This document shows, piece by piece, positions 17,293-25,889 of a stretch of DNA of 29,458 bases; the first letter of the stretch is position 1, and each line of letters opens with the position of its first letter. This DNA comes from a virus (taxonomy: Duplodnaviria > Caudoviricetes). The stretch covers positions 1 to 29,458 of IMG/VR virus record IMGVR_UViG_3300033076_000093, one strand, 5' to 3'. A program made the position numbers and the translations under genes. Under the pieces are notes generated by a model. That model did no database searches. It was given only the letters and a program-made list of their open reading frames with translations, and had not been told where the DNA came from.

Positions 17293-17982
17293 TCACCATG
17301 TAATGATTATGCAAAGGCCGGGGCCACCACCTGAATTACCAGTAGCGCCGCCCCCGCAACCAATACCACCAATACTATTTGGAGATTGTCCTCGACCACC
17401 AACACCAACAATAATTGGACTCATCTGAAACCAGCCTGAAGTACCGTTATTGGTGTATCCATAGTTTGCGTTTACATCGTTTGGGCCAGCGCCACCACCA
17501 GACAAAAAAGTTGTAGCAGAAGGGTTTACAGTACCGCCAGAACCAGCCTGACCTGCAATAGACTGAAAGAACCCCATTGCGGTAAAATAGTTTGAAGTTG
17601 AGGCAGTTCCCCCAGCGCCACCACCGCCGGGGTTTGCTTGTAAAAGCACATATCCAGTGCCTGTTTTTTCTTGGTAATAAACTCCAGTTCCGCCGCCACT
17701 AGCACCAGCACTCCCTGCGCCACCGTTTCCAACAATAATGCTCAATTCATCAGGAATCAAAAAAGCCGGGCACATGAAATTTGTCACAGCGCCAGACGAA
17801 CCACCAACACCACTACCAGCATCGCCAGCCGAACCGCCACCAATTAGCGTGAACCAAACGAATGAAGCGCCTTGAGGTTTTACCCAGTTTTGGTTTTTTC
17901 TGTTGTCGCCAGCAGGAATTTGAGCAGTAAAAATCTGCACATTGGCGTTCTGTGGGGTGGGGTAATTAATTGGATAACTCAT
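17293..17982 (-). CDS. Glycine-rich putative adhesin (paralog 2)
   Basis: 229 aa. Shares the identical N-terminus MSYPINYPTPQ with paralog 3 and the same motif set; C-terminal IITW. Confidence 0.65.
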   Translation of the reverse strand: MSYPINYPTPQNANVQIFTAQIPAGDNRKNQNWVKPQGASFVWFTLIGGGSAGDAGSGVGGSSGAVTNFMCPAFLIPDELSIIVGNGGAGSAGASGGGTGVYYQEKTGTGYVLLQANPGGGGAGGTASTSNYFTAMGFFQSIAGQAGSGGTVNPSATTFLSGGGAGPNDVNANYGYTNNGTSGWFQMSPIIVGVGGRGQSPNSIGGIGCGGGATGNSGGGPGLCIIITW

Positions 17983-17989
17983 CTTTGCC

Positions 17990-18658
17990 TCACCAACTTG
18001 CGATTAAAACCATACCTTGCCCGCCTACGCCGATATACCCGCCGCCGCATCCAACGCCACCTCTTCCAGAAGTTTTAGCGCCCATTCCAACAATTATGGG
18101 TTGCAAGTGAAACTGCCCATTATTACTTGTTGAGGATGTTGGCATGGAGTAGCCATAGTTAGCGGAGATAGTTGTTGCGGCTGTATCAGTCCCGCCACTT
18201 AGAAAAGTCTCTGTGGATGCTGTTCGGTTTCCTGTGCCACCGTTTTGTCCAGCAATAGATTGATAAAACCCAGAAGCCGCAAAAGGATAGCCGGTGGCAG
18301 ATACTGCGGCTCCACCAGTAGAATTAAGTCCACTGTTAGCCGATAAAAGAGTTATTAAATCAGAGCCTCTGTAATAAACCTCTGTAGCGGTTTGCACTCC
18401 TGACCTTGCGGCTTGCACCAATAAACTATCAGGAACATTTTGTGCCGCCCCATACCAAACAGTCACAGCACCGGAGCCGCCGCCATTTGTGTTATCACCG
18501 TTTCCACCAGCACCAATCAACATCATGTACACATGGCTAACCCCCGGCGGTTTGTTCCATGATTTTCTATATAAAGTACTGGTTGCGTCATCGGCATCAC
18601 CATAGAAAATCTGCACATCAGCATTGCTGTTGCGGAATTGAGGTTGGCGTACAAACAT
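17990..18658 (-). CDS. Glycine-rich putative adhesin (paralog 1)
   Basis: 222 aa with WNKPPGVS..LIGAGG, GGGSGAVT, GGVGCGGG and a C-terminal IASW. Confidence 0.65.
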   Translation of the reverse strand: MFVRQPQFRNSNADVQIFYGDADDATSTLYRKSWNKPPGVSHVYMMLIGAGGNGDNTNGGGSGAVTVWYGAAQNVPDSLLVQAARSGVQTATEVYYRGSDLITLLSANSGLNSTGGAAVSATGYPFAASGFYQSIAGQNGGTGNRTASTETFLSGGTDTAATTISANYGYSMPTSSTSNNGQFHLQPIIVGMGAKTSGRGGVGCGGGYIGVGGQGMVLIASW

Positions 18659-18661
18659 CTA

Positions 18662-18877
18662 TTACTCCTGCGCAGGAGCCTCTACTGGGGGTGGCACATA
18701 CCAGCCCGGAGCAGAAGCGTTGTCGTTTACACAGGTGTACTCGACATTCTCCTCACCAAGAGCCGTACCGTCAGCCTTGAACACGCCCAGATAGTTGCCA
18801 TAAGCATCCAGATGGGCGAACCCTTGCGAGCCGTCAGCGAACTGAATCTCAAACCATGAGTCGGTGTCCCGCCACAT
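18662..18877 (-). CDS. Small acidic protein, possible fibre/adhesin chaperone
   Basis: Likely start is the ATG at 18877 (MWRDTDSWFEIQF..., 71 aa), right after the upstream stop, with GGAG upstream. Confidence 0.55.
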   Translation of the reverse strand: MWRDTDSWFEIQFADGSQGFAHLDAYGNYLGVFKADGTALGEENVEYTCVNDNASAPGWYVPPPVEAPAQE

Positions 18878-18878
18878 A

Positions 18879-19316
18879 TTAGTAATCTCCCGCCACGCAA
18901 ACAACAGAATAACCTGTGCCAGCAGAACCAGTGGATGTGCCAAAGGTGACATACAGCAGGTAGTTTGCGTTCATGGCAAAGTTAATCGGCAACTCAAACA
19001 CGCTGGAAGCGGCAGTCTGCGAAAGGGTCACAGCAGGAAGTGTGATTTCATCGTAGAGCCAAGTGTTGGTTGCACTTGTGGATGTGCTGGAAGACACAAA
19101 AATACGGCACACCGTGGCGGCGGGGGAGCCGACAGGACGGAAACGAACCTTCTGGACATACGAGCCGTTAGCACCAGCGGTGAACAACTTGTACATTGTG
19201 CCTGTGCCATCCAAGGCGGTGTTGGCGGTTGGGCCAACAATAAGACCAGAGTTGTTCTGGGCTACGGATTGAATGTCACCCGTGATCGAATAAATCGGGG
19301 AGGTATTTGCTGGCAT
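18879..19316 (-). CDS. Beta-sandwich fibre adaptor protein
   Basis: 145 aa with SD AAGGAG. Beta-rich, ends in 'AGDY', inside the fibre cluster. Confidence 0.55.
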   Translation of the reverse strand: MPANTSPIYSITGDIQSVAQNNSGLIVGPTANTALDGTGTMYKLFTAGANGSYVQKVRFRPVGSPAATVCRIFVSSSTSTSATNTWLYDEITLPAVTLSQTAASSVFELPINFAMNANYLLYVTFGTSTGSAGTGYSVVCVAGDY

Positions 19317-19325
19317 GATTGCTCC

Positions 19326-19619
19326 TTAAGGAAGAATGCAGTTGATTGAAATAGCCCGGACAAGCCCGATTGCTGTTCCGGCGGCTGGTGTTGAAGAAGC
19401 CCAACCGGTTCCGGTTGATGTTAAGACATTCCCGGCAGTGCCCGGCGATGCCAACCCTGTTCCGCCAGAGGCGGCGGGCAAAGCAGTGGCCAGTGTGACA
19501 CCCGTACTTGTCACCGTAACTTGCGTAACCCCTGCACCCTGAAGCGCCAACTGGCCGGAAGCGTCGGCTGTGACGACTGCCCCTCCAATTACGGTATCTG
19601 CGTTGATTGTGGTTGCCAT
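19326..19619 (-). CDS. Short fibre/adaptor protein
   Basis: 97 aa. N-terminus resembles that of the 202-aa protein; contains SGGTG and GTAGNVLTSTG fibre repeats. Confidence 0.6.
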   Translation of the reverse strand: MATTINADTVIGGAVVTADASGQLALQGAGVTQVTVTSTGVTLATALPAASGGTGLASPGTAGNVLTSTGTGWASSTPAAGTAIGLVRAISINCILP

Positions 19620-19628
19620 GATTAACCC

Positions 19629-20507
19629 TCAAGAAAATGTGATGTAGGCCAAGCCGGACTGTCCTTTAGCCGGTGAACCACCAACGTCAGCCCTGCCGTT
19701 TGCGTACCCTGCCTGCAAAGTACTGTCTGGATTTGGCGCTGTAGTTGTTGACCCCGTTGTCAGTGTGGCCGATGTTACCAAAGATGAGTTGTAATAGCCA
19801 CTACCGCCAGCGCCGGGTCTTGCGTCAGAAGTACCGCCCCCGCCACCATAGTAGCCGCCTCCACCCCCGCCTCCGTCGTCGCTTCCGCTAGTACGAGACC
19901 CTGTGGCGTTTCCGCCAGTAAGCTTTGCGCCGTTATACGTGCCGCCAGCAGACTGCGTACCGCCAGTACTTGAGACTGCGCCATTTTGTCCATTTGAACC
20001 GCCACCCGCACCCGCCGCACCTGCATAGCCAGTAGACCCGCCACCAGCGCCAGCAATAAGCAAAATGTCTGAATCTGACATCCCGGTGCTAAATACGGCT
20101 TTTGACAGCATGGTCATGCCGCCCCCACCAGCGCCAGTTGCGTCGCCGGATGTTCCGTATCCGCCGTTTGGCCAGCCACCCAAACCGCCAGCACCAAAGC
20201 TGGCAGTCGAAGGCCCAAACCCACCTTCCCCAACGTAGAGGTAATAAGTTGTGCCGGGCTGAAGCGTCACAGTTCCTTTGGCAAAACCCCCCGCCCCGCT
20301 AGAGCCGCTAGTAGAGTAGGAACCGTTACCGCCAGCCGCACCCCACAAAGTGAATGTGACGGCTTTCGTTCCACCAGTAACAGTGATAGTGTTAACGGTG
20401 TTCGAGTTGTTGTAGAGGTAAGTTCCGGTAGTCGCAGGCGAGCCGTTCACATTAACGGTGATGGCACCGCTAGCGCTATTCAAAACAGCCTGCAAAATAC
20501 CGCTCAT
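19629..20507 (-). CDS. Glycine-rich domain protein (ALK/LTK-like Gly-rich type), putative adhesin
   Basis: 292 aa with LWGAAGG, GAGGFAKG, YLYVGEGG, LLIAGAGGG and GGGGGGGYYGGGGG motifs. Confidence 0.7.
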   Translation of the reverse strand: MSGILQAVLNSASGAITVNVNGSPATTGTYLYNNSNTVNTITVTGGTKAVTFTLWGAAGGNGSYSTSGSSGAGGFAKGTVTLQPGTTYYLYVGEGGFGPSTASFGAGGLGGWPNGGYGTSGDATGAGGGGMTMLSKAVFSTGMSDSDILLIAGAGGGSTGYAGAAGAGGGSNGQNGAVSSTGGTQSAGGTYNGAKLTGGNATGSRTSGSDDGGGGGGGYYGGGGGTSDARPGAGGSGYYNSSLVTSATLTTGSTTTAPNPDSTLQAGYANGRADVGGSPAKGQSGLAYITFS

Positions 20508-21016
20508 GTCAGCCCGCTTCCGCTAATCATCCAACGGGTGCTGGTTATTTTGATGGCAGTCGCCATCCCGCTTGCTGCCAAAGTCCGGCTCCCTGTTGTG
20601 CCTGTCCCGGCCAAAACCAGCGTATCGCTCGTGATGGAAATGGTGATTGTTCCAGCGGAAGTATCGTTGACAAATGTGATGGCCGTGCCAATCGGAAACG
20701 CCACGCTAGAGTTCGCTGGGATCGTCCATGTCCGCGCGGTCGTGTCCGCGCTCGGGTGATAGATGTGCTTTCCGGAGTCACTCAGCACCAATGTGTAAGC
20801 AGCGCTCTGGCTGTTTTGCGGGATGTTGAGATAGCCGATGTTGTTTGTTGTATCTCCGCCGCCCGGAGCAGCAGCCCAAGTAGGTGCGCCAGTCCCAGCG
20901 GAAACAAGGAACTGACCAGAAGTTCCAGCAGAACTAAAGGCAAGCGTGTTGCCAGTAATCCCGTAGGCAACGCCTCCAAGGTTTACGTTGTTGTCTCCGT
21001 TAATGACAAAGGGCAT
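20504..21016 (-). CDS. Short tail fibre/adaptor protein
   Basis: 170 aa with IPQNSQSAAYTLVLSDSGKHI, TIPANSSVAFPIGTAITFVN and a C-terminal WMISGSGLT. Confidence 0.65.
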   Translation of the reverse strand: MPFVINGDNNVNLGGVAYGITGNTLAFSSAGTSGQFLVSAGTGAPTWAAAPGGGDTTNNIGYLNIPQNSQSAAYTLVLSDSGKHIYHPSADTTARTWTIPANSSVAFPIGTAITFVNDTSAGTITISITSDTLVLAGTGTTGSRTLAASGMATAIKITSTRWMISGSGLT

Positions 21017-21019
21017 CGT

Positions 21020-21469
21020 TTACTCCGGTTGAGCAGGCCACTGAACATCCCAAGGGAATCCCGACTGAGACGGAACATCACGCAGGGCCTGTCGGTAAAC
21101 AGCCCAAGGCTGGCTCACGGCGTCAGGGATGTCCTTGCCTTGCGACCAATCACTGTCTTTCAAAAGATTATTGCGCTCAGTTCGGACATTCTGCGCTTGG
21201 CCTGCATCAGCCGCCGCTTTTGCCTCGTCCCCCATATCAGCCAAAGACCATTTCGTGAACCACTGACCGTTGATTTGCTCAACACCGTCACGGAAAGAAA
21301 CTTGGTATCGGGAGGGAATTGGTTGCGGCCCATCAAGAACCGTATCAGCCCCGAGTTGAGCCAGAATTTCAAGCGTCGTCTGCCCCCATGTTGGGCCGTC
21401 ATTGGCTTTGATGTAGGAACGGAACTCAGATTCCGTCATCACTTGTCCGTCTTGTGTTCTGATTTCCAT
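21020..21469 (-). CDS. Tail fibre assembly chaperone
   Basis: C-terminal 'VRTERNNLLKDSDWSQ..WAVYRQALRDVPSQSGFPWDVQWP' is the phage tail-assembly-chaperone signature. Follows the large fibre head gene. Confidence 0.85.
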   Translation of the reverse strand: MEIRTQDGQVMTESEFRSYIKANDGPTWGQTTLEILAQLGADTVLDGPQPIPSRYQVSFRDGVEQINGQWFTKWSLADMGDEAKAAADAGQAQNVRTERNNLLKDSDWSQGKDIPDAVSQPWAVYRQALRDVPSQSGFPWDVQWPAQPE

Positions 21470-21478
21470 GTTTGTTCC

Positions 21479-23926
21479 TTATGCAATTGCGAGGAAAATG
21501 TAAGTTGCGCCGTTGATATTAACCGTGCCTGACGCAGTGGAGTCAAGTTGAAACCCTGAAGAAACAGCCTGCAATCCGTTGTATCCAGTGGTCATGCCGG
21601 TTGTGTTGAGGTTAATTCGGATGTAAGGACTGTCTGCTCCGGTCATACCCGCCGCCGAATTAAAACAGAACCAGTTGCCCGTTGAGTCAGTTCGTTTTAT
21701 AAGTACAAATCTAGCGCCAGCGGTGAATCCGCAGTTAATTGTCTGCGTACCACCAGTCCCTGTATAAGAACCAAACTTACTAATTCCGGGAAGTGTGGCA
21801 AACATGTACGCAACATACGACCACCCGCTAATATTTGCCGATCCGCCTATTGAAAACTGCGTTGCCGTAGGTGCGGTATTGTTCCAAATCGTTGCGTCAG
21901 TAGTGTTTGCGTCGTTGTAGCCCCAATCCTTATCTACGAAAAGTCGTCGATTTGCTGCGGCAAAACTAGAGTAGGTAAACCAGTTTGTGGAATTGTTGTA
22001 GCTACGAACAATCAACAACTCCGGAGCAACACCCAAATTATGGGCTTGAGTTGTAGCCGATCCAGTGCCAGCATAAGCGACCATATCCATAAAACCCGGC
22101 GCTCTTTTAAAGAGGGACTCCACCATAGAACCGTAGCTTGCCCCCCAAAGCGCTGGATAAAATGTGGTGTTTGACTGAAAACCGGGCGATGCGCCAGAAT
22201 TACTTTCGCTATTTGCGTCCGATGTACTCAGAGTGCGTACTGAAACAGGGCTGCGCAATCTGTCTTGCACTGCCGGGCTGTACGGGGTTGAGCCTGTAGT
22301 TGCGGCTTGCAAACAAAAATCTACTGGAAAATTTGTGTACTGGACAGTGTATCCACTATTTACATAGGCTGGCAAAAACACACTTTGTGGCGTCGCAGGG
22401 GTCCGCATCGGACCTCTACGGATTGCAATATAAATGTAGGTGCTCCCCGCACCATTGATGGCCGTGGAACTGTTTGTGGGCTGAAACCCTGTGGCCATAA
22501 GATTAACACCGAGTTGCGATGCTTCGGCGTTAATTAAATTTGGGCGCAGGCTTTGAAAAGGTACACCGGACGAAGGGCTTGTCCCCCAAGGGGTGCCACG
22601 AATGTTGTCGCAAATATACCAGTCGTAGCCGTAGTCTGTTATATTTTTAATGAGTAGCCATTGCGGCTCATAACCAAGAGTTATTGTTGGTCCCGTGCCA
22701 GTACCGTTGCCTGAGTAAGACCCGCAGCTAATTACGTTGTCTGTGCCAAGCGCCCCAAACCCACCTGCGTTGTGAGCAAATAAGTAAGCTACGTACGTTG
22801 CTCCATTTTCATTAACTCTTGAATCAGAGCCAACATTGAACGCAGTTGCGTTAACGCCCCCTGCTGGAAAAACACTATTACTGGAAAATTCCCCATCCAC
22901 AAGATTTAATCTTATGTAGCCGTTACCTGACAAGCTGCGGTGATAAACCATCCAATCTGCTGTGCCGCTTGTTTTCTTTACGATAATGCAGCCCGGAACG
23001 CTGCCGAGATTATGACTTATAGGAGTGTAATAAACCCCATTGCCAGTGTAAGTTACAACATCGAAAAATTTTGGTTGTTCTTTAAATGTCCAGCCAACAT
23101 AGGTTCGACCAGACTGGTTCACTGCGTTATCCGTGTTAAGCGTAAAACCATTTGAGTTAAACGCAGTAATACCGTAAGTAGAACCGCTCTGAGCGTAGTT
23201 ATACGCTGTTGTCAAATACCCCGCAGAGGTGCCGCGCACAGTATCTACCAAAATGTGCTCGTATGTTGAGTCTCTGTTTTTTATCCAAGCCAAACCTCCA
23301 CCACCTGTAGATAGTGCTGTGCCAGTTACTCGCCATTCCGCTAAAGAATTACCAGATGCCCCACTTCCCGTTCCGGTAATTTGCAAGCGCCAGTATTTGT
23401 ACGCCGTAGTATTTGAAAATGAGAATGTTCTATATGTCCCCGGATTCCAAGCCGGAAACCCTGTTGTAATGGATGTGAATGTTGCGACCGTTGTCCAGCT
23501 TGAAGCATCGTTTGACGCCAAGACAGAAAAATTAAGCGGCGTGTTGTAGGGGTTGTTTGTTACGCCTTGTGGGGCCAACTGATACGCCGTCAAGGCAACA
23601 GCGGTGGGAAATGTTACATAAACATCAAATGTAGTGTTTGAGTAAGAAAAGTTTGAATTGTCGCTTGGAGCCAATCCGTCGTTAATAAAGCCTATCACAT
23701 ACGGTTCAACAAAATTTCCGCTAATTACAGTGATGGGTAAATTTTGTAGAGACGGAGAAATTGCCGTGCCAAGCGTAACCCCGTTGTTAATGTATTGCGT
23801 TGTGCTTGTGCCGTTCCACACATAAGTGCTAAACACATCTTCAACATAAACTGGCGCAGAACCGGACTGGGCAAATTCCCCAAAGCCTTGAGCGGATGCA
23901 GCGCCACGGGTTGCGATGAGCGGCAT
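21479..23926 (-). CDS. Large receptor-binding protein: tandem ~110-aa beta repeats plus a discoidin (F5/8 type C)-like domain
   Basis: 815 aa. Repeats of (S/T)YxGxG..HxLG..P..IK..W..N..GxTY(V/I)xxxF. The insert carries 'FSVLASNDASSWTTV..YKYWRLQIT..LAEWRV'. Confidence 0.7.
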   Translation of the reverse strand: MPLIATRGAASAQGFGEFAQSGSAPVYVEDVFSTYVWNGTSTTQYINNGVTLGTAISPSLQNLPITVISGNFVEPYVIGFINDGLAPSDNSNFSYSNTTFDVYVTFPTAVALTAYQLAPQGVTNNPYNTPLNFSVLASNDASSWTTVATFTSITTGFPAWNPGTYRTFSFSNTTAYKYWRLQITGTGSGASGNSLAEWRVTGTALSTGGGGLAWIKNRDSTYEHILVDTVRGTSAGYLTTAYNYAQSGSTYGITAFNSNGFTLNTDNAVNQSGRTYVGWTFKEQPKFFDVVTYTGNGVYYTPISHNLGSVPGCIIVKKTSGTADWMVYHRSLSGNGYIRLNLVDGEFSSNSVFPAGGVNATAFNVGSDSRVNENGATYVAYLFAHNAGGFGALGTDNVISCGSYSGNGTGTGPTITLGYEPQWLLIKNITDYGYDWYICDNIRGTPWGTSPSSGVPFQSLRPNLINAEASQLGVNLMATGFQPTNSSTAINGAGSTYIYIAIRRGPMRTPATPQSVFLPAYVNSGYTVQYTNFPVDFCLQAATTGSTPYSPAVQDRLRSPVSVRTLSTSDANSESNSGASPGFQSNTTFYPALWGASYGSMVESLFKRAPGFMDMVAYAGTGSATTQAHNLGVAPELLIVRSYNNSTNWFTYSSFAAANRRLFVDKDWGYNDANTTDATIWNNTAPTATQFSIGGSANISGWSYVAYMFATLPGISKFGSYTGTGGTQTINCGFTAGARFVLIKRTDSTGNWFCFNSAAGMTGADSPYIRINLNTTGMTTGYNGLQAVSSGFQLDSTASGTVNINGATYIFLAIA

Positions 23927-23935
23927 GGTTATTCC

Positions 23936-24544
23936 TTAAGCAAACTTGGTCTGTGCAGCAAACACGGTGAAAGTAGCGCTGCCGGTTTTGATGATGGTGT
24001 AGGTGTAAGCGTCAATCGAACTTGCGTTACCAGAACTCCACGCTGTACCACCTTGGTATTTGGGGGTGACGCTGCTGCCGTCAATCGTGATCGCGTTGTT
24101 GTAGTACGCCGTTGAACCTTGAGTTACAAAGAACGCCACAGTGACCGACTCACCCGTCGCCATCAAACTGTTGAGGCTCGTGCCAGAAGAGCCACGGAAG
24201 TTCACCGTCCAATTGGCCGAAGCGTTGGTTGTGTAGTACAGCACCGCCTGAGTGGTCACATCGTAATTGATGGTTCCAGTGGCAGCAGTAGCAGACACCG
24301 TGGCAGTCTCAAGAACATCGGCAATTTTTAAACCGGCGGTGCTTGATGTGCCAGTCGCCGTGAGTTTTCCTGTTACCGCCGCAGTGCCGCCAATGGATGC
24401 GTTCCCAGCAAAAGTGGCAGACTGATCCGTACCAAGCGTGAGGGCTGTGGTCGTTCCGTTGGTCTGCAAGACCAGCGTTCCGGTGGTGTCACCAGAACTA
24501 ACAAGCGCGGTACCGGACGTGGTTCCTGCGGAAATTGTGCTCAT
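23936..24544 (-). CDS. Fibre adaptor protein
   Basis: 202 aa, SD AAGGAG, T/S/G-rich beta protein with 'NWTVNFRG..IDAYTYTIIKTG..TVFAAQTKFA'. Confidence 0.6.
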   Translation of the reverse strand: MSTISAGTTSGTALVSSGDTTGTLVLQTNGTTTALTLGTDQSATFAGNASIGGTAAVTGKLTATGTSSTAGLKIADVLETATVSATAATGTINYDVTTQAVLYYTTNASANWTVNFRGSSGTSLNSLMATGESVTVAFFVTQGSTAYYNNAITIDGSSVTPKYQGGTAWSSGNASSIDAYTYTIIKTGSATFTVFAAQTKFA

Positions 24545-24553
24545 ATCTGCTCC

Positions 24554-25408
24554 TTATAGGACAACCCAACGCTGTCCTGCTGCAATTGTGACTGTGACAC
24601 CGGGAGCCTGTGTGATCGGCCCAACAGAGAATCCGTTTGTACCGGAAGCGATTGTGTAGTTTTGCGTGACCGTAGTGGTGTTGATGTAGATCGCGCCGCC
24701 TGCTGCCGCACCTGTACTCGACCAGCTTGCGTTGGTTCCGTCCGTTGTCAGGTACTTGCCAGCGTTACCCGTCTGGCTCGGCAGGCCGGAGCTTGTCCAA
24801 GCAGGAACACCCGCGACTACGGTAAGCACTTGGCCAGTGCTCCCAACAGAAAGTTTAGAAAGTGTGTTGGACGCCGATGCGTAAATTGTGTCGCCCGTGG
24901 TATACGTGCTCTGCGCAGTGCCGCCGTTTGTTGCACCAAGCGTGCCGGTTACATCCGTTGCAAGATTGACCAGCCCGCCCGCAATAGCAACAAAATCGGA
25001 GCCATTCCAAGTTACCAGCACCTTGCGGCCAGCAGGGACAGTCACACCTGTCGTCGGGCCCGCCCCCACAAGTTTCACACTCTGATTGGTAGAGGTCGAG
25101 TTCAGAACGATGTACGCTTTGCTGGACGCTGGAGCAGTGATAGTCAACAAGCTCGCGGGGTTGCCGGTGCAGTTGATGATGAAGTACTGCGCGGAGCCTG
25201 TTGCACCAGACCCAGCCTGCGTCAAAGACGAACCGTTTGTCGTGGAGAGTGTTACCGCTGTTTGGGAACCGCTGATAGTTTGCGAACCAGCAATGGATGC
25301 GTCAACGTACTCTGTGAGGTAGTTATTAACCACATCCCCCCATGTTCCGGAGAGTTCGCCCGTGACCGGCAGAGCCAGTCCAAGCAGTGAGGTATATGCT
25401 GTTGTCAT
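24554..25408 (-). CDS. Tail fibre protein (proximal/scaffold)
   Basis: 284 aa. N-terminal GELSGTWG anchor-like motif, fibre repeats (NGGT, GSTGQVLTV, LPSQTGNAGKYLTTDGT), and a C-terminal GFSVGPIT..RWVVL module. Confidence 0.7.
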   Translation of the reverse strand: MTTAYTSLLGLALPVTGELSGTWGDVVNNYLTEYVDASIAGSQTISGSQTAVTLSTTNGSSLTQAGSGATGSAQYFIINCTGNPASLLTITAPASSKAYIVLNSTSTNQSVKLVGAGPTTGVTVPAGRKVLVTWNGSDFVAIAGGLVNLATDVTGTLGATNGGTAQSTYTTGDTIYASASNTLSKLSVGSTGQVLTVVAGVPAWTSSGLPSQTGNAGKYLTTDGTNASWSSTGAAAGGAIYINTTTVTQNYTIASGTNGFSVGPITQAPGVTVTIAAGQRWVVL

Positions 25409-25418
25409 TTTTTACCCT

Positions 25419-25880
25419 TTACACAACAACCCACCGAGCGCCGCTGGGCACCGTGAATGAAGAACTTGAAGAAATTGTTACCGGCCCGACGCTAAACCCG
25501 CTCTTGCCAGTTGTCATGGTGTAGTTGCCGGTAAGCGTTGTGTAGTTCTCAACCACCACCCCCGCAGTTGCAAACACTGCGTTAGACGCCGGGTAGGTGA
25601 CAAACACGTCCTTTGTGCCTGCCGAAAAATTTACTTTGCTGCCGCCGCTACTTGAGGAAAGAACCGTGTCCCGAGAAAGCGTGGTGCCGGACGATGTGTA
25701 AGTGCCAATCCCAACTTCCCACTCCGAGCCGGTCTGTCCAGCAATACAGTAATAAGTTGTGTTGGCATTACCAATAGCGGAAAAAGATTGAAACCCGGTT
25801 GCGGCACCGAGAAGCGTCACCGTCCCCGTGCCCGCAGTCGTGGTCGTCTCTTTTACCCTGTCTTTTACAACAAATGCCAT
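25419..25880 (-). CDS. Tail fibre-associated structural protein
   Basis: 153 aa with DRVKETTTTAGTG, EWEVGIGTY, FSAGTKDVFVTYPA, and the same C-terminal module as the next gene. Confidence 0.65.
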   Translation of the reverse strand: MAFVVKDRVKETTTTAGTGTVTLLGAATGFQSFSAIGNANTTYYCIAGQTGSEWEVGIGTYTSSGTTLSRDTVLSSSSGGSKVNFSAGTKDVFVTYPASNAVFATAGVVVENYTTLTGNYTMTTGKSGFSVGPVTISSSSSFTVPSGARWVVV

Positions 25881-25889
25881 CGTGCGTCC

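Noticed and set aside
16488-18658. Diversity-generating retroelement or invertible shufflon acting on the adhesin paralogs
   Set aside because: No reverse transcriptase or recombinase in the window, no near-identical TR/VR pair with adenine-specific differences, and all copies are in the same orientation.
18878-18952. ORF-track N-terminal extension of the 96-aa ORF 18662-18952
   Set aside because: It overlaps the upstream gene; the ATG at 18877 has better coupling and an SD.
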